DNA from: Azolla caroliniana
Taxonomy: Eukaryota > Plantae > Polypodiophyta
Assembly: GCA_043228905.1 (NCBI GenBank)
Contig: JBHGNT010000008.1
Coordinates: 1,364,001-1,428,000 of the forward strand
Direction of reading: 5' to 3'
Length of the DNA stretch: 64,000 bases
This document shows positions 62,870 through 64,000 of this stretch, piece by piece; the first letter of the stretch is position 1, and each line of letters opens with the position of its first letter. The position numbers were made by a program, and so were the translations under genes. Below the pieces are notes generated by a model that did not search any database, had not been told where the DNA came from, and saw nothing but the letters and a program-made list of their open reading frames with translations.

Positions 62870-64000
62870 TTTCTGTGTTACCGTCGCTCTGATACCAGTT
62901 TGTCGAAATTCCGTGCTCGGCCACAACCGAGGAACAGGATCGATTCACAGAAAACGGGAAATACAACAATGCACGAAAAACAATAGAGAGAAGGGCACAC
63001 TGGATGTTTCACGTGGAAAACCCTAAATGGGAAAAACCACGGGAGTGCAAGACTCCAACTATCACTATACGCGGGAATGTACAATGGCGAGCTGCAAGGC
63101 GACGACCTTGAGCTCGCTGTCCTCGCCACAGGCGGCGGTATTACACAGAGGCGTCGACCTCTTCCTTCCTCCTTCTCTCTCACACTCTCTCGGCTGCTCT
63201 CACTTCGCTCCCTCTTCGTGAAAACAGAAAATGAGCAACAACAACATAAAACTGTTTGCCCTAAGTCATATTTATACACATATGACTTTCGGGCTATTTA
63301 CAAATATAGCCTCAAGGGCTCTTGGCAAACATATTCACAAATATGTCCCCGGAGCCGGATCTCTCTCCGGGTACACTCATCATCCGGCTCCGTAGCCGGG
63401 GTCTTCATCATCCGGCTCCGTAGCCGGGTCTTCGTCATCCGGCTCCGTAGCCGGGTCTTCGTCATCCGGCTCCGTAACCGGGTCTTCGTCATCCGGCTCC
63501 GTAACCGGGGTCTCTTCATCCGGCTTCATGCCGGGTACTATTCATCATCCGGTTCCGTAATCGCAACCGGGCTTGCCGTCATTCATCTCCGGACATCCCA
63601 TCCGGAGGGACCGAAATCCCAACAGCATCCTTAATGAAAATCGACAAAAGCCTGGCGTGAAGTTGGAGAAATGTATCCTCGTAGGATACTCGTCTGAGAA
63701 GAAGGCATACACGTGCTTTAACCCCTCGACCCAAGCGGTTTGGGTGAGTCGAGATGTAGTCTTCGACGAATCGACATCTTGGTATAAGCCCAATTCGGCT
63801 ACGTCCTACTCGACCAAGGAAGAGTTGAACATAAACTCGGAGGACGATATTCGGACAAGTCCTCTACCAAAGGACAATCCAAGCCCATCCGAGCCTTCAA
63901 GCATTCTAAGCACGTTGTGGCCAAGTTCACACTTGGACAAAGACAAAGGTAAGATGCCCGAATATGAAGTCGATCACCCCGATGACAATGATTCGGTGTG

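Larger units (their letters stand above)
58062..63624 (-). mobile_element. Intact Ty1/copia LTR retrotransposon
   Basis: 724-bp LTRs at 58062-58785 and 62901-63624, exact TSD GCATC, PBS at 62886-62897, PPT at 58786-58796, one uninterrupted polyprotein ORF. Confidence 0.98.
54607..64000 (+). mobile_element. Ty1/copia LTR retrotransposon (second lineage), degenerate, running off the window and hosting two insertions
   Basis: 5' LTR 54607-55039, PBS at 55040-55051. Gag KLDRSNYSSW, knuckle CNYCDKIGHRKEEC, protease WFVNSGASHHM, integrase (LWHKRIGQIN, IHLDVWG, FIDDYSR). Resumes at 63630 with KCILVGYS..SRDVVFDE. Confidence 0.92.

Overview
Repeat-rich land-plant nuclear DNA, most likely a fern or other seed-free plant (inferred from the unedited plastid codons and the transposon families; not confirmed). 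Three host genes are supported: a VQ-motif protein (+), a six-exon Hsp70 nucleotide-exchange factor of the Fes1/HspBP1 family (-) with a perfect heat-shock element, and a four-exon pectate lyase (-). The rest is nested mobile DNA: five Ty1/copia elements or fragments (one intact with near-identical LTRs), a chromodomain Ty3/gypsy relic, several solo LTRs, a LINE, a hAT-like element and a plastid psbE-psbF insert. The main find is a 14.3 kb terminal-inverted-repeat DNA transposon (1960-16247) inserted in the LINE. It carries a Sola-like DDD transposase on the - strand. On the + strand it carries a divergent intron-containing gene fusing a ParB-like domain to a bacterial-type beta-class N6-adenine/N4-cytosine DNA methyltransferase, with an array of palindromes between the two coding regions. 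This copy is pseudogenised. A second find is that four LTRs carry a degenerate tRNA-like cassette near the LTR start, antisense to the element. All calls come from reading motifs by eye; no searches were run.
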